From the NCBI GenBank assembly GCA_965368975.1, contig CBDUPA010000026.1, positions 1-64,000 of the forward strand: a stretch of DNA of 64,000 bases. Reading direction: 5' to 3'. Each line of letters begins with the position of its first letter. Positions within the stretch are counted from its first letter, which is position 1. Positions 39,322 to 49,193 of this stretch are shown here, piece after piece. A program made the translations under genes and the position numbers. The stretch comes from an uncultured bacterium. GTDB lineage: Bacteria; Acidobacteriota; Thermoanaerobaculia; Multivoradales; JAHZIX01. A model generated the notes under the pieces. The model searched no databases, had not been told where the DNA came from, and saw nothing but the letters and a program-made list of their open reading frames with translations.

Positions 39322-41862
39322 TCAGATTTCGCGGCGCCGTAGGCGGCTGGCCAGGAAGACCAGGCTCAGAACACCCAGAAGGCTGGCCAGCAACGCCTGG
39401 TGGAGCGGCCGCCGGTCGGTTTCGATGCGCACCACATGACGACCGGGCGGCGTCTCGACGGCGATCCGGTGCAGGTTGGCGACGCGCACACGGACGTCCT
39501 CGCCGTCGATGGTGGCGCGGTAGATCGGCAGGTGGACGCGTTGCCAGACCAGGGCTCCGGAGCCGACCGCGTCGACTTCGGCTTCCAGGTGTTCGGGGCC
39601 CTGGCTGAGGATACGCACGCGACCGGCGTTACTGCGTGCCGGGGAGCCAAGGGTCGGCGATCCGCCAGGTGGCCCATCTCCGGGTAGGACGACGGCGGAG
39701 CGCGGATCGAAGTCAGCGCGCAGTAGATGCTCGACGGCGGCGTTCAGATGTGGCGCGTGGTGGACGGTACTCGCATAGAAGACGTCTGGTGTCGTTCTGG
39801 GCAACTGGTACACGAAGACGTCAAGCTCGAAACGGTGCTCGTGTGCCAATTGCCGGGCGTTGGGCGCGGCGATGGGGCCGAGGGCAGCGGTGTCGAGCGG
39901 GCGGTTGAGGATGATGTGCGTGACGCCCCAGGACTCGAGCAGGCGCAGACGCTGGGTGTCGTCGAGTTGTGGCATCAGGTCGTGCGCGGCGCGGGTGAGG
40001 AAGGACGAAAGGCCCTCGGGGGACATGTTCAGCTCGTAGCGCCGGCCGTGGAAGACGCCGCTGACGCTGTACAACTCGTAGAACGCCCGCCGCTGTTGCC
40101 AGGCAGCGGTGGGTTCAGGGTAGACGCCCGGATAGTTGCGCCGGCCGAAGGTTCCGTCTTCGGTGCCGTGGACGACGCGCGCATTCGTCGGCACGTAGCG
40201 CAGCAAGGGCGGCGGCGTGCGGTAGGCGTCGGCGTCGTCGGTGGGCATGGCCGGCCGTAGCAGGGTGAGCTGCGCACCGGCGTGCACCAGCAGCAGCAGT
40301 GCCGCGCCCAGCCGAGGACGCTTGCCCAGCACGGCGACGGCGGCCAGCAGCAGCGCCAGCACGCCCAGATTGAGCAGCGCCAGGCCAGCCCAGCGCAGGC
40401 GCTCGTGGCTCACGAAGTCGTCGGGAAAGTTGGTCGGCACCCAGCCGCGCAGCAGGCCGAAGGCGGCGTCGGGGGCGAAGGTGAGCCACGCCCAGGCGAG
40501 TAGGTAGCCGAGCGTCAGCAGCAGCAAGAGCAAGCGCAGACGCTGCCGGACGTCGTCGCTGGCCGCTAGCACGCGCTCGAACCCCAGCCCGGCGAGCAGC
40601 GCGGCGCCGATGGCTACCGGCAGCATCAGCTTGACGGGATAGCGCAGCATGTCGAGGCCCGGCAGCCCGAGCAGGAAGTCGGCGATCGGGTTGTGGCGCC
40701 CCATCGAGAAGAACAGGCCGCCGGCCACCAGCAGCCAGGCCCACAGCCGTGAGGCCCACAGGGTGCGCTGTGCGGAGCGGCGCCAGCCCGAGACAGTGAT
40801 CAGGGCGAGGGTCAGTAATCCGGGGTAGAGGCTGAGGAAGAAGGGCGGTAGCTCACTATAGAAACGGCCACCCCAGAAGCTGCCGTAGCGCAGCAGGTCG
40901 AAGCGGCCGAAGCACATCGGCAGGAACCAGTCCAGCGTTTGGGCGGGGTGGAAGCTCGACAGCGTGCGCGTGTCGGCCGAGTAGCCCTGGTGACCACGGT
41001 AGGAGATGGGCAAGATGCGCAACGTCTCGACGATCTGTGGCAGCGCGATCAGCGAGCCGCACAGCACGACCAGCACCAGTGGTGCCCAGCCCGAGGTCCA
41101 GGCACCGGAGAGCCAGGTGCTGGTCTCACTCTCGCTCAGTCCTAGACGCTGGCGCCAATGACGCAGCGTCCAGGCTCCGCGTCCTTCGCGCACCAGCACG
41201 CCGGTCGACGCCAGCGCCAGCGCCAGCACCGCCAGCACGGGTTCTCCGCCGAGCAGTAGCAGCGCCCACAGCACGCCGAGCACGGCGGCGTAACGGGCCC
41301 GGCGAGGGGCCCGTCTAGGTGCCGGCGTGTTGCTGTCGGCGGGCTCGGTCAGGCGCAGCGCAGCGGCGCACAGGGCGGGCGTCAAGGTGGCGACGGCGAT
41401 CAGGTTGGTGAAGTTGAGGTGTGATACCAGGAAGCCGCTGAAGCCGTACGTGACCCCCGCCGCCCAGGCTGCTTCGCGTCGCAAGCCCCAGGCTCGGCCC
41501 AGCCAGAAGAAGGCCCAGGGGGCCAGAAGCCAGTGCAGCCAAAGGTGAGTGTTGAGCGCCCACAGCACCGGGGCGAAGAGGTAGAGCAGCTGCGTCGGGT
41601 AGAGCGGCACGCTGTTGGGATTGCCCAGCAACGGTTGCCCGCCGGCCAGGCCAGGTGCGATCAACGGCAAGGCCGGCCCCTGCGCGCCGTCCTCGGCACT
41701 CTGGAGTGCACGTGCCTGTTCAGCCTTCATCGCCAGGTGGACGTTGAACAGGTCGCGCAAGAAGAGCGTGCGCTGTCCCAGGGCCAGCGGCAGGACGGTC
41801 AGCGCCAGCAGGACCAGCACCGGCACTGTGAGCGGTAGCATCTCGCGAGCCGGTCGCTTCAC
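39322..41862 (-). CDS. YfhO-like GT-C membrane glycosyltransferase (paralog 1)
   Basis: TLFLRD, GQPLLGNPN..PLYP, multi-TM core, C-terminal YRATIDG...IAVETPPGRHVVRI. GTG start with GGAGG RBS, overlapping the upstream stop. Confidence 0.75.
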   Translation of the reverse strand: MKRPAREMLPLTVPVLVLLALTVLPLALGQRTLFLRDLFNVHLAMKAEQARALQSAEDGAQGPALPLIAPGLAGGQPLLGNPNSVPLYPTQLLYLFAPVLWALNTHLWLHWLLAPWAFFWLGRAWGLRREAAWAAGVTYGFSGFLVSHLNFTNLIAVATLTPALCAAALRLTEPADSNTPAPRRAPRRARYAAVLGVLWALLLLGGEPVLAVLALALASTGVLVREGRGAWTLRHWRQRLGLSESETSTWLSGAWTSGWAPLVLVVLCGSLIALPQIVETLRILPISYRGHQGYSADTRTLSSFHPAQTLDWFLPMCFGRFDLLRYGSFWGGRFYSELPPFFLSLYPGLLTLALITVSGWRRSAQRTLWASRLWAWLLVAGGLFFSMGRHNPIADFLLGLPGLDMLRYPVKLMLPVAIGAALLAGLGFERVLAASDDVRQRLRLLLLLLTLGYLLAWAWLTFAPDAAFGLLRGWVPTNFPDDFVSHERLRWAGLALLNLGVLALLLAAVAVLGKRPRLGAALLLLVHAGAQLTLLRPAMPTDDADAYRTPPPLLRYVPTNARVVHGTEDGTFGRRNYPGVYPEPTAAWQQRRAFYELYSVSGVFHGRRYELNMSPEGLSSFLTRAAHDLMPQLDDTQRLRLLESWGVTHIILNRPLDTAALGPIAAPNARQLAHEHRFELDVFVYQLPRTTPDVFYASTVHHAPHLNAAVEHLLRADFDPRSAVVLPGDGPPGGSPTLGSPARSNAGRVRILSQGPEHLEAEVDAVGSGALVWQRVHLPIYRATIDGEDVRVRVANLHRIAVETPPGRHVVRIETDRRPLHQALLASLLGVLSLVFLASRLRRREI

Positions 41863-44450
41863 GCGATCCTCCCGACGGATGGCCATCGCCACAGCAGGAG
41901 CAGGCTGAGCAGACCGAACAGTGAACCGATCAGCGACAGCTGCAGCGGTCGACGGTCGGTCTCGATGCGCACGATGTGCCGCCCCGGCGGTGTCTCGACC
42001 GCGATGCGGTACAGATTGGCGACGCGCACCGTGGCCGGCTCTCCATCGACGGTGGCGTGGTAGAGCGGCAGGTGGGCTCGCTGCCAGACCAGGGCGCCGC
42101 CGTCGCCGGTCCCGCCTGGACTCTCGGGGACCACCACCTCGACCTCCAGGTGCTCGCGTCCCTGGCTCAGGATGCGTACGTTGCCGGACATCCCCGTGGC
42201 TGCCGGGCTCGACACGAGGCCGCCAGGTACCACGACGGCGGTGCGCGGATCGAAGTCGGCGCTCAGCAGGTGCTCGACGGCGGCGTTGAGGTGGGGTGCG
42301 GGCAGGATGGTGCCGGCGTGGAAGACTTGCGGCGTGGTGGCGGGCAGGGAGTAGACGAAGACGTCGACGTCGAAGCGTCGCTGGTGGCTGATCAGCTCGA
42401 CGCGCTCGGCCGCGGTTACGTCCAGCGGACGGTTGAGGATCAGTCGCTCGACTCCCCAAGCCTCGAGTAGCCGCAGTCGCTGGGTGTCGTCGAGCTGCGG
42501 CATCAGGTCGTGGGCGGCGCGCGCCAGGAACGAGGACAGACCTTCTGGCGACAGGTTCAGCTCGTAACGCCGGTCGTTCAGGATGCCAGCGGCGCTGTAC
42601 AGCTCATGAAAGACGCGTCGCTGCTGCCAAGCGGCGGTCGACTCAGGATAGACGCCCGGCACGTGTTCTTGGTCGAAGGCACCGTCTTCGCTACCGTGCA
42701 ACACACGGGCACCAGGTGGCACGACTCCCAGCAGCGGCACCGCCTCGGTGTAGGCGGCCACTTCGTCGGTCGGCATGGCCGGCTGCAGGAAGAAGAGCTG
42801 CGAGCCAGCGTGGAGGCCGAGCAACAGCGTGGCGCTGAGCAGGACTACCCGCGGTTGCTGACGCATTCGGGCGGCCAGGAGGGTGAGGGCGAAGTAGAGC
42901 ACCAGCAGACCGAGGCTGAGCACGCATAGCGCTTGCCAGCGTTCCACCTCGTTGAGCACGAAGTCGTCCGGAAAGCCGGCCGGTACCCAGCCGCGCAGCA
43001 GTGCGAAGGCTCTGTGCGGTAGTAGGTCGAGCAGCAGCCAGGCGCCGACGAAGACGGCGAGCAGGACTCCCAAGGCTCGGCGCAGTGCTGGCATTCCTGG
43101 GGACGGCATCCCGAGGGACGCTCCGGAAGCTTCCACGGACAGCCAGCAGCGCTGGAAGCCGAGGCCGGCGAGCAGCGACGCGCCGAGCACCACCGGCAGC
43201 ATCAGCTTGATCGGGTAGCGCAACACCTGCAGGCCGGGTAGGCCGAGCAGGAAATCGGCGACCGGGTTGTGACGGCCGAGCGCGAAGAACAGCCCGACGG
43301 CGATCAGCGTCCAGGCCCACAGACGCAGGCGTCCGTATCCGTCACCGTATCCCTCGCTGAGTGCGCCTTTGGACCGCCGCCCCCCGCTGGCGCCAACCAG
43401 GGCGAAGATCAGCAGCCCCGGGTAGAGACTGAAGTAGAAGGGCGGCATCTCGTTGAAGAAACGGCCGCCCCAGAAGCTGCCGTAGCGTAGGAGATCCATG
43501 CGCCCGAACGCCGACGGCAGCAGCCATTCGAGCATCTGCGCGGGGTGCAGGCTGGTGGCCGTGCGCGTGGTTTCCGAGTAGCCTTGGTGCCCGCGGTACG
43601 AGATCGGCAAGATGCGCAGCGTTTCGACGATTTGCGGCAGGGCTACCAGGCTGCCGGCGGCCAGCGCCAGCACCAGTGGCAAGCTGCGCGAGCGCCAGTC
43701 GCCGCCCCGCAGGTGCTCGCGCCAGAAGTCGGGCCTCACCACCGTGTGTCCTTCGCGCGCCAGCACCGCCGTGACCGCCAGGCCGAGCGCCAGCACCGCC
43801 AGCAGCGGTTCGCCGCCCAGCAGCAGGAGCGCCCACAGCAATCCACTGAGAAGCGCGTAGCGGCCCCGTGGTTGAGTCGGCGGTTCAGGGGCTGCCGACG
43901 CGGACGCTGTGGACGATACCGGTTCGGTGACGCGCAGCACCGCCGCGATCAACGCCGGAGTGAGCGATGCGACGGCGACCAGGTTGGTGAAGTTGAGCTG
44001 CGAGATCAGGTAACCGGAAAAGCCGTAGGCGACGCCGGCCGCCCAGGCTGCTTCCCGGCGCAGGCCCCAGACGCGCGCCAGCCAGTAGAAGCTCCAGGGC
44101 GCGAGCAGCACGTGTAGCCACAGGTGGGCGTTGAGCGCCCAGAACAGCGGCGTGAACAGGTACAGCACGTTGGTGGGGTAGAGCGGCACGCTGTTCGGGT
44201 TGCCGAGCAGCGGCTGGCCACCCGCCATGCCCGGCCCGACCAGCGCCAGCGCCGAGTCACCGCCGTCTGTGCCCAGCAGCGCTCGTGCCTGTTCGGCTTT
44301 CATCGCCAGGTGAACGTTGAACAAGTCGCGCAGAAAGAGGGTGCGTTCGCCACTGATCAGCGGCCAGAGAGCCAGCAGCAGGAGTAGCAACGCCGGTGCG
44401 GCGAGCAGCAGCAGCTTGCGCTGCTCGGCCGTGAGTCGAAGTCGAATCAT
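41859..44450 (-). CDS. YfhO-like GT-C membrane glycosyltransferase (paralog 2)
   Basis: Same motifs as paralog 1. The true start MIRLRL overlaps the upstream stop (ATGA). The ORF-track extension to 46526 is judged spurious. Confidence 0.75.
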   Translation of the reverse strand: MIRLRLTAEQRKLLLLAAPALLLLLLALWPLISGERTLFLRDLFNVHLAMKAEQARALLGTDGGDSALALVGPGMAGGQPLLGNPNSVPLYPTNVLYLFTPLFWALNAHLWLHVLLAPWSFYWLARVWGLRREAAWAAGVAYGFSGYLISQLNFTNLVAVASLTPALIAAVLRVTEPVSSTASASAAPEPPTQPRGRYALLSGLLWALLLLGGEPLLAVLALGLAVTAVLAREGHTVVRPDFWREHLRGGDWRSRSLPLVLALAAGSLVALPQIVETLRILPISYRGHQGYSETTRTATSLHPAQMLEWLLPSAFGRMDLLRYGSFWGGRFFNEMPPFYFSLYPGLLIFALVGASGGRRSKGALSEGYGDGYGRLRLWAWTLIAVGLFFALGRHNPVADFLLGLPGLQVLRYPIKLMLPVVLGASLLAGLGFQRCWLSVEASGASLGMPSPGMPALRRALGVLLAVFVGAWLLLDLLPHRAFALLRGWVPAGFPDDFVLNEVERWQALCVLSLGLLVLYFALTLLAARMRQQPRVVLLSATLLLGLHAGSQLFFLQPAMPTDEVAAYTEAVPLLGVVPPGARVLHGSEDGAFDQEHVPGVYPESTAAWQQRRVFHELYSAAGILNDRRYELNLSPEGLSSFLARAAHDLMPQLDDTQRLRLLEAWGVERLILNRPLDVTAAERVELISHQRRFDVDVFVYSLPATTPQVFHAGTILPAPHLNAAVEHLLSADFDPRTAVVVPGGLVSSPAATGMSGNVRILSQGREHLEVEVVVPESPGGTGDGGALVWQRAHLPLYHATVDGEPATVRVANLYRIAVETPPGRHIVRIETDRRPLQLSLIGSLFGLLSLLLLWRWPSVGRIA

Positions 44451-47065
44451 GTCTCTTCGTTCTCCCCAGAGCGCTGTGTCTTCTCCCCAGAGCGACCGCG
44501 GAGCAGCAGCAGCAAGCAGAGGAGCGCCGCGCTCAGGGCGACACCCGCCGCCGCCTTCTCCGGTGTCGCCGACGCCTCGACCACCACGCGATGCCGTCCC
44601 GGAGGCACTTCGACGCCGAGCAGCAGCAGGTGGACGGGAAGGGTCCGCAAGCGTCGGCTGGCTCCGGGATCGGCGGCTGAATCCGACGCGACTGCGGGCT
44701 CTGACGAGACTGCTGGCTCTGACGAGACAACCCGGGCTTCGAACAGAGGATGGTGCGCACGCCGCAGTACCGCGACGCCGCCTTCGCTGTCGACCTCGAA
44801 CTCCAGTCGATCCGGCTCGGCGCGCAGGAGGCGCACACGTCCGGCGCCCTGATACCCACGACCTCGAGGCTCGTCCGCCTCGGCGAGCGGCGGTACCTGC
44901 ACCTCGGCCAAGGGATCTGGACTGCTGTAGAGGCCCTTCAGAGCGGCGACCGGGTTGGACGCCACGTGCACCCGCTCGGGCCACCAGGCCGGCGGGGCAC
45001 TGCCGTGGATACGCAGCAGATGACTCTCGACGCTCAGCCGGCGCGCCTGCGCGATCGGTTCGAAGCCGGGGAGCAGCGTCAACTCCGAGGGCAGCGCTCC
45101 ATAGAGCACCAACGCTTCGACGCCGAGCACGCGCAGTTGATTCAGCCGAGCCGCCCACGACGCGCGTGCCAGGTTGACGTCCGCGAACACCGTCAAGGCT
45201 GGCGCCATGCCTTCCAGGTTCGGTGCCAGTGGGTAGTGCAGGCCGTGCAGCTGACCGGGCGTCGGGTAGAGATCGCGCGCGCGCGCTCGCTGCTGCTCGC
45301 CCTGCGTCGCATCGGCGTAGTACGCCTGCGGCTTCCACAGCTCCAACAGTGTGTCCTGGTTGAGCACACCGGGACCGAGACCCAGTTGCTCGGCCGTTGG
45401 ATCGCTTGTGTCCGACGCGTGCTGTGCCAGCACTTGCCGTGTCCAGGGCGGCACCTCGCGGTACGGCTCGATCTTCTCGGTCAGTAGCAGCGGCGCCAGC
45501 GGCAGCAGCGCGACCACCTGGAGTGCCACCACTGCGACCTTGCGCAGGTGTGCCGACCCGACCTTGGTGTCCGGCAGCCAGCGTTGACTGCACAGTCCCG
45601 CGATCACCGCCAGGATCAGCGTACTGAAGGCCAGGTAGAAGCACGGCATCAGCCAGCGGAGACTGAGCGCTGTCTGCAAGGCTTCGTCCTCGGCCAGCCG
45701 CCACGGCCGCAGCGTCAGGACGGCCAGCACTGGTAGGAAGAGCACCGCCGCCGCGCCCAGGCAGCGACGTACCCAGGCCGCCGGCGCCGCGCACAGACGA
45801 TCGAGCCCGAAGCCGGCGAGCAGTGGCAGCGCCAGCGCGAACCACACCAGGAAGCGCTCCGGGAAGCGGAAGACGCCGAAGCTCAGCTGGCCTAGAAGGC
45901 CACTCAACCAGCCACCGGTCATCGCCAGTAGCAGCGACGTCAAGGCCAGTCCGGCCCACAGTTTGACGGCTTGCTTCTGTCTTCGAATGCCGACCAGAGT
46001 CACGAGGGCGAGCAGCAGAGCGACGATGCCGAAGTGCAGTGAGAAGAAGTACGGCATCAGCCGCTGGAGCTCGAGCACCCAGGTGCCCAGCAGGTCGTCG
46101 CGGAACGGCCAGCCGAAGGGAAAGGCCACGATCAGCTCCAACAAGCGCCACGGCTGGAGCGCGTAGCTGCTCACCACCGACTCCGGATTGCCGTGCGCCC
46201 CACGGTAGCTGACCCCCAGAACACGCGCCGTCGCCACCACCTGCGGCAGCGCGATCAGCACGCCCGTCAGGCCGATGCCGAAGGTCACGCCAAGTCCGTG
46301 GCGCCAGCGCCGCCACCAGCTCAGCTGTGCACCTGTGCTCGTCGAGGGAGGGGCGCTCAGTGGTACGGCCAGTAGCAACAGCGGCACCACGCCGAGCAGT
46401 GCCGTCAAGGGCTCTCCGCCCAGAAGCGCCAGCCCGCACGCCAGGCCTCCCACTGCAATTCCGGACATGACCGCGTGCCGCCCGCTCGCGCGGGCCTTCA
46501 CCGCTCCCACCAGTACCAGCGGCCACCAGGCCGCCACGGTGATCGTGTTGTAGAAGGTGAACAGGGTCAAGAACCAGCCGCTGCCCGCGTACGTCACTCC
46601 CGCCAACAACGACGCCGGCCGGCTCTGTCCGAGTGAGCGTGCCAGCCAGGTGAAGGTCAGCAGCGCCAGCAGCCAGTGCAGCACGAAGTGCAGGTTGAAG
46701 GCGTTCCAGAACGGCAACAGCAAGTAGAGCAGGTTGTCCGGATAGAACGCTTGGTAGGCCGGGTTGCCACGGTAGGGGTGACCCAGACCCCAGGTCGGAT
46801 CGAAGGCCGGAATCTTGCCCTGCCGCAGTTGCTCGGCACCGAAGGCTTTATGCGGCAGCAGATTCGAGAACACGTCGCGCAGGAAGACCGTCTCCTGCCC
46901 GAGCGCCAGCGGCAAGCTGACGATCAACCAGACCAGCAGCACCCCCACCCATAGCCAGCGCAGTGGCGACCAGCCCTGCAACGGCCAGCCCAGCAGCCGA
47001 GGCTGTTGCCGGTCCAGAGTGGAGGACTCCGCGTCGAGATTCAGATCGGGATTTGCTGGCTCCAT
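44447..47065 (-). CDS. YfhO-like GT-C membrane glycosyltransferase (paralog 3, divergent)
   Basis: VFLRD, GKIPAFDP..GLGHPYRGNP.YQAFYP, FRFPERF, LGVEVPPGRHRV. Confidence 0.75.
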   Translation of the reverse strand: MEPANPDLNLDAESSTLDRQQPRLLGWPLQGWSPLRWLWVGVLLVWLIVSLPLALGQETVFLRDVFSNLLPHKAFGAEQLRQGKIPAFDPTWGLGHPYRGNPAYQAFYPDNLLYLLLPFWNAFNLHFVLHWLLALLTFTWLARSLGQSRPASLLAGVTYAGSGWFLTLFTFYNTITVAAWWPLVLVGAVKARASGRHAVMSGIAVGGLACGLALLGGEPLTALLGVVPLLLLAVPLSAPPSTSTGAQLSWWRRWRHGLGVTFGIGLTGVLIALPQVVATARVLGVSYRGAHGNPESVVSSYALQPWRLLELIVAFPFGWPFRDDLLGTWVLELQRLMPYFFSLHFGIVALLLALVTLVGIRRQKQAVKLWAGLALTSLLLAMTGGWLSGLLGQLSFGVFRFPERFLVWFALALPLLAGFGLDRLCAAPAAWVRRCLGAAAVLFLPVLAVLTLRPWRLAEDEALQTALSLRWLMPCFYLAFSTLILAVIAGLCSQRWLPDTKVGSAHLRKVAVVALQVVALLPLAPLLLTEKIEPYREVPPWTRQVLAQHASDTSDPTAEQLGLGPGVLNQDTLLELWKPQAYYADATQGEQQRARARDLYPTPGQLHGLHYPLAPNLEGMAPALTVFADVNLARASWAARLNQLRVLGVEALVLYGALPSELTLLPGFEPIAQARRLSVESHLLRIHGSAPPAWWPERVHVASNPVAALKGLYSSPDPLAEVQVPPLAEADEPRGRGYQGAGRVRLLRAEPDRLEFEVDSEGGVAVLRRAHHPLFEARVVSSEPAVSSEPAVASDSAADPGASRRLRTLPVHLLLLGVEVPPGRHRVVVEASATPEKAAAGVALSAALLCLLLLLRGRSGEKTQRSGENEET

Positions 47066-47095
47066 GCCGGTGCAACTCTACACCGGCCCTGGGTC

Positions 47096-48217
47096 CTAGA
47101 AGTAGGACTCCAGCTCGCCACTGCGGCGCACGTCGAGGGTAGCGCAGTGGAAGGAGCCGCCGAAGTCGTTGAAGTTGAGGAAGGGCAGGGTGAGGACTTC
47201 GAAGCCCCAGTCTTCCAACATCTCGATGAGCGGCGTCTCATTCTCCTCGACCACCACGCGCTCGGCATCCAGCGACACCAGGTTGATGCTCACCCAGCGG
47301 CTGCAGAACTTGAACGACCCGCGGTCGCACAGCGCGGGGGGCGGGGCTGGACGCACGTCCCAATCCTTGAACATCTCCGGCACCTCTGGCACGCGCTCCG
47401 GGTTGATCAGGAGCTTGCCCGGTGCCAGCGGCGTGAGGGAGGCGTCGATGTGCATGGGGTGCTCGTCGTAAAGGTCGACCTCGTGCACGCGCAGGCCTTG
47501 CGTCTCCAGGTGCCGGCGTAGCCATTCGAAGCCGAGACGGTTGGTGACGTGGCTGAGTTGGCCGAAGATGTCGCGACCGCAGCGGATGAAGTCGGCGGCG
47601 TCGAAGACGGGTTCGTGCTCGGTGACGACCGAGGCGAAGGGACGACCGTCGGTGGGCTCGGGCACCTGGGCGTGGAAGGCGGCGTCGGTGAGCAGCGGCG
47701 ACGGGGCGGCGGTCCAGCGGGCGCCGGCACGGAAGTACTCGGTGAGCAGTGGCCGGTAAGCCTCGATCTCAAAATATCGGCTGCGCCAGGCCATCGGTAC
47801 CTCGATCAACTCGTCACCGATCACCAGCAGCAGGTCGCGCGGCATGGCGGCGTACAGGCCGCCCGGGCTGGACCAGGCGGGCGTGGCGAAGGGACGGCTG
47901 AAGTCGACGCGCTCGGGGCGGCGCACCGTGATGCCCTCGCGTTCCAGCAGGGCGACGAAGCCATCGAGTTCGCGCTTGGCGGCGTCGACCATCTCCTGCG
48001 GGAATGGCTGGCCGGCGTAGCGGTCGAAGAAGGCTTTCTGCTCGGGGCCGATGGTGGCTTCCAGGGCCACATCCCACTGGGGGACGGCTGAACCTTCGAC
48101 GATGCCGACGATCACTTCTTCGAGCGGATCCCACTCGGTCCAGGCGCTGACAGTCGGGTCCGAGTTCGGGGCCGAGTTCGAGTTTCGGGGCTGCGGGGCC
48201 TTGGCTTGAAGGGTCAT
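47096..48217 (-). CDS. Amidinotransferase (glycine/inosamine-phosphate amidinotransferase family)
   Basis: EWDPLEEVIVG, MPRD, FDAAD (Asp), MHID (His), GGSFHCAT (Cys); catalytic triad intact. Confidence 0.92.
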   Translation of the reverse strand: MTLQAKAPQPRNSNSAPNSDPTVSAWTEWDPLEEVIVGIVEGSAVPQWDVALEATIGPEQKAFFDRYAGQPFPQEMVDAAKRELDGFVALLEREGITVRRPERVDFSRPFATPAWSSPGGLYAAMPRDLLLVIGDELIEVPMAWRSRYFEIEAYRPLLTEYFRAGARWTAAPSPLLTDAAFHAQVPEPTDGRPFASVVTEHEPVFDAADFIRCGRDIFGQLSHVTNRLGFEWLRRHLETQGLRVHEVDLYDEHPMHIDASLTPLAPGKLLINPERVPEVPEMFKDWDVRPAPPPALCDRGSFKFCSRWVSINLVSLDAERVVVEENETPLIEMLEDWGFEVLTLPFLNFNDFGGSFHCATLDVRRSGELESYF

Positions 48218-48323
48218 ATCTGCTTCTCCAAACGAGTTCGACAGAGAAAAGTTGCAGGCTGATCAGCTTTCGCGCGTCAACTGGCCTGGGTCGGTGGCCG
48301 CGAGCGAGTACAATACCCGTCCC

Positions 48324-49193
48324 ATGCATCCCCTGCTACGAGCTCTCCGTCCCGCCCAGTGGACCAAGAACCTCTTTGTCCTGGCACCTTTGGTGTTTGC
48401 GCGCGGCCTGCTGGACGGCGACTTGATCGCCCGCTCCCTGATGGCCTTTGCCGCCTTCTGCGCCGCGGCAAGCGCGGTGTACCTGCTCAACGACCTGCGC
48501 GATCGCGACGCCGACCGCCAGCACCCGCTGAAAAAGAACCGGCCGATCGCCTCCGGGGCCCTGTCCACTGGCACGGCAGCTGTCGCGGCCGCTGTCTTGG
48601 CCGTAGCGGCGATGGCCTCCGGGGCGGTCTTGGGCTGGCACTTCGTGCTGGTCGTCGCGGTGTATCTGCTGCTCAACATCGGCTATTCCCTGGGGCTCAA
48701 ACGCGTGGTGATCCTGGACGTTATGATCGTCGGCATGGGTTTTGTGCTGCGCGTGCTGGCGGGCGGCGTGGCGGTGGATGTCGCACTGTCGCGCTGGTTG
48801 CTGCTGTGCACCATCTTTGTCTCGCTCTTCCTGGTGCTCTCCAAGAGGCGCCACGAGCTGGTGCTGTTGGCGGACGAAGCGGCGCGCCAGCGGCTGGTGC
48901 TGGAGCACTACAGCGCCACCTTCCTTGATCAGATGATCAACGTCGTCACCGCTTCGACGGTCGTCTGCTACGCACTCTATGCGGTGGCGCCGGAGACCGA
49001 TCAGAAGTACGACACCAACTACCTGGTCTACACCATTCCGCTGGTGCTCTTCGGCATCTTCCGCTACCTGTACCTGACCTACCAGAGCCGCAATCCACGC
49101 AATCCCACCGAGGCGATGCTGCGCGACGTGCCGTTCCTGGTCAACTTGGCGCTGTGGGGGCTGGCGGTGACGGGGATCGTGTATGCGACCTGA
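48324..49193 (+). CDS. UbiA-family decaprenyl-phosphate phosphoribosyltransferase-like protein
   Basis: RPAQWTKNLFV, YLLNDLRDRDADRQHPLKKNRPIASG, KRRHEL, FGIFRYLYL. Confidence 0.88.
   Translation: MHPLLRALRPAQWTKNLFVLAPLVFARGLLDGDLIARSLMAFAAFCAAASAVYLLNDLRDRDADRQHPLKKNRPIASGALSTGTAAVAAAVLAVAAMASGAVLGWHFVLVVAVYLLLNIGYSLGLKRVVILDVMIVGMGFVLRVLAGGVAVDVALSRWLLLCTIFVSLFLVLSKRRHELVLLADEAARQRLVLEHYSATFLDQMINVVTASTVVCYALYAVAPETDQKYDTNYLVYTIPLVLFGIFRYLYLTYQSRNPRNPTEAMLRDVPFLVNLALWGLAVTGIVYAT

Noticed and set aside
41862-46526. N-terminal extensions in the ORF track (1045-aa and 1555-aa versions; also the 1003-aa permease and 867-aa GlnRS)
   Set aside because: The extensions are low-complexity Arg/Ala/Gly text overlapping neighbouring real genes. 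Downstream starts have an RBS or stop-start overlaps.
47096-48217. Amidinotransferase as a member of the NRPS-PKS cluster (homoarginine supply)
   Set aside because: It lies 14 kb away beyond uup/glnS and is tightly linked to the YfhO-like genes. A role in trans cannot be excluded but is unsupported.
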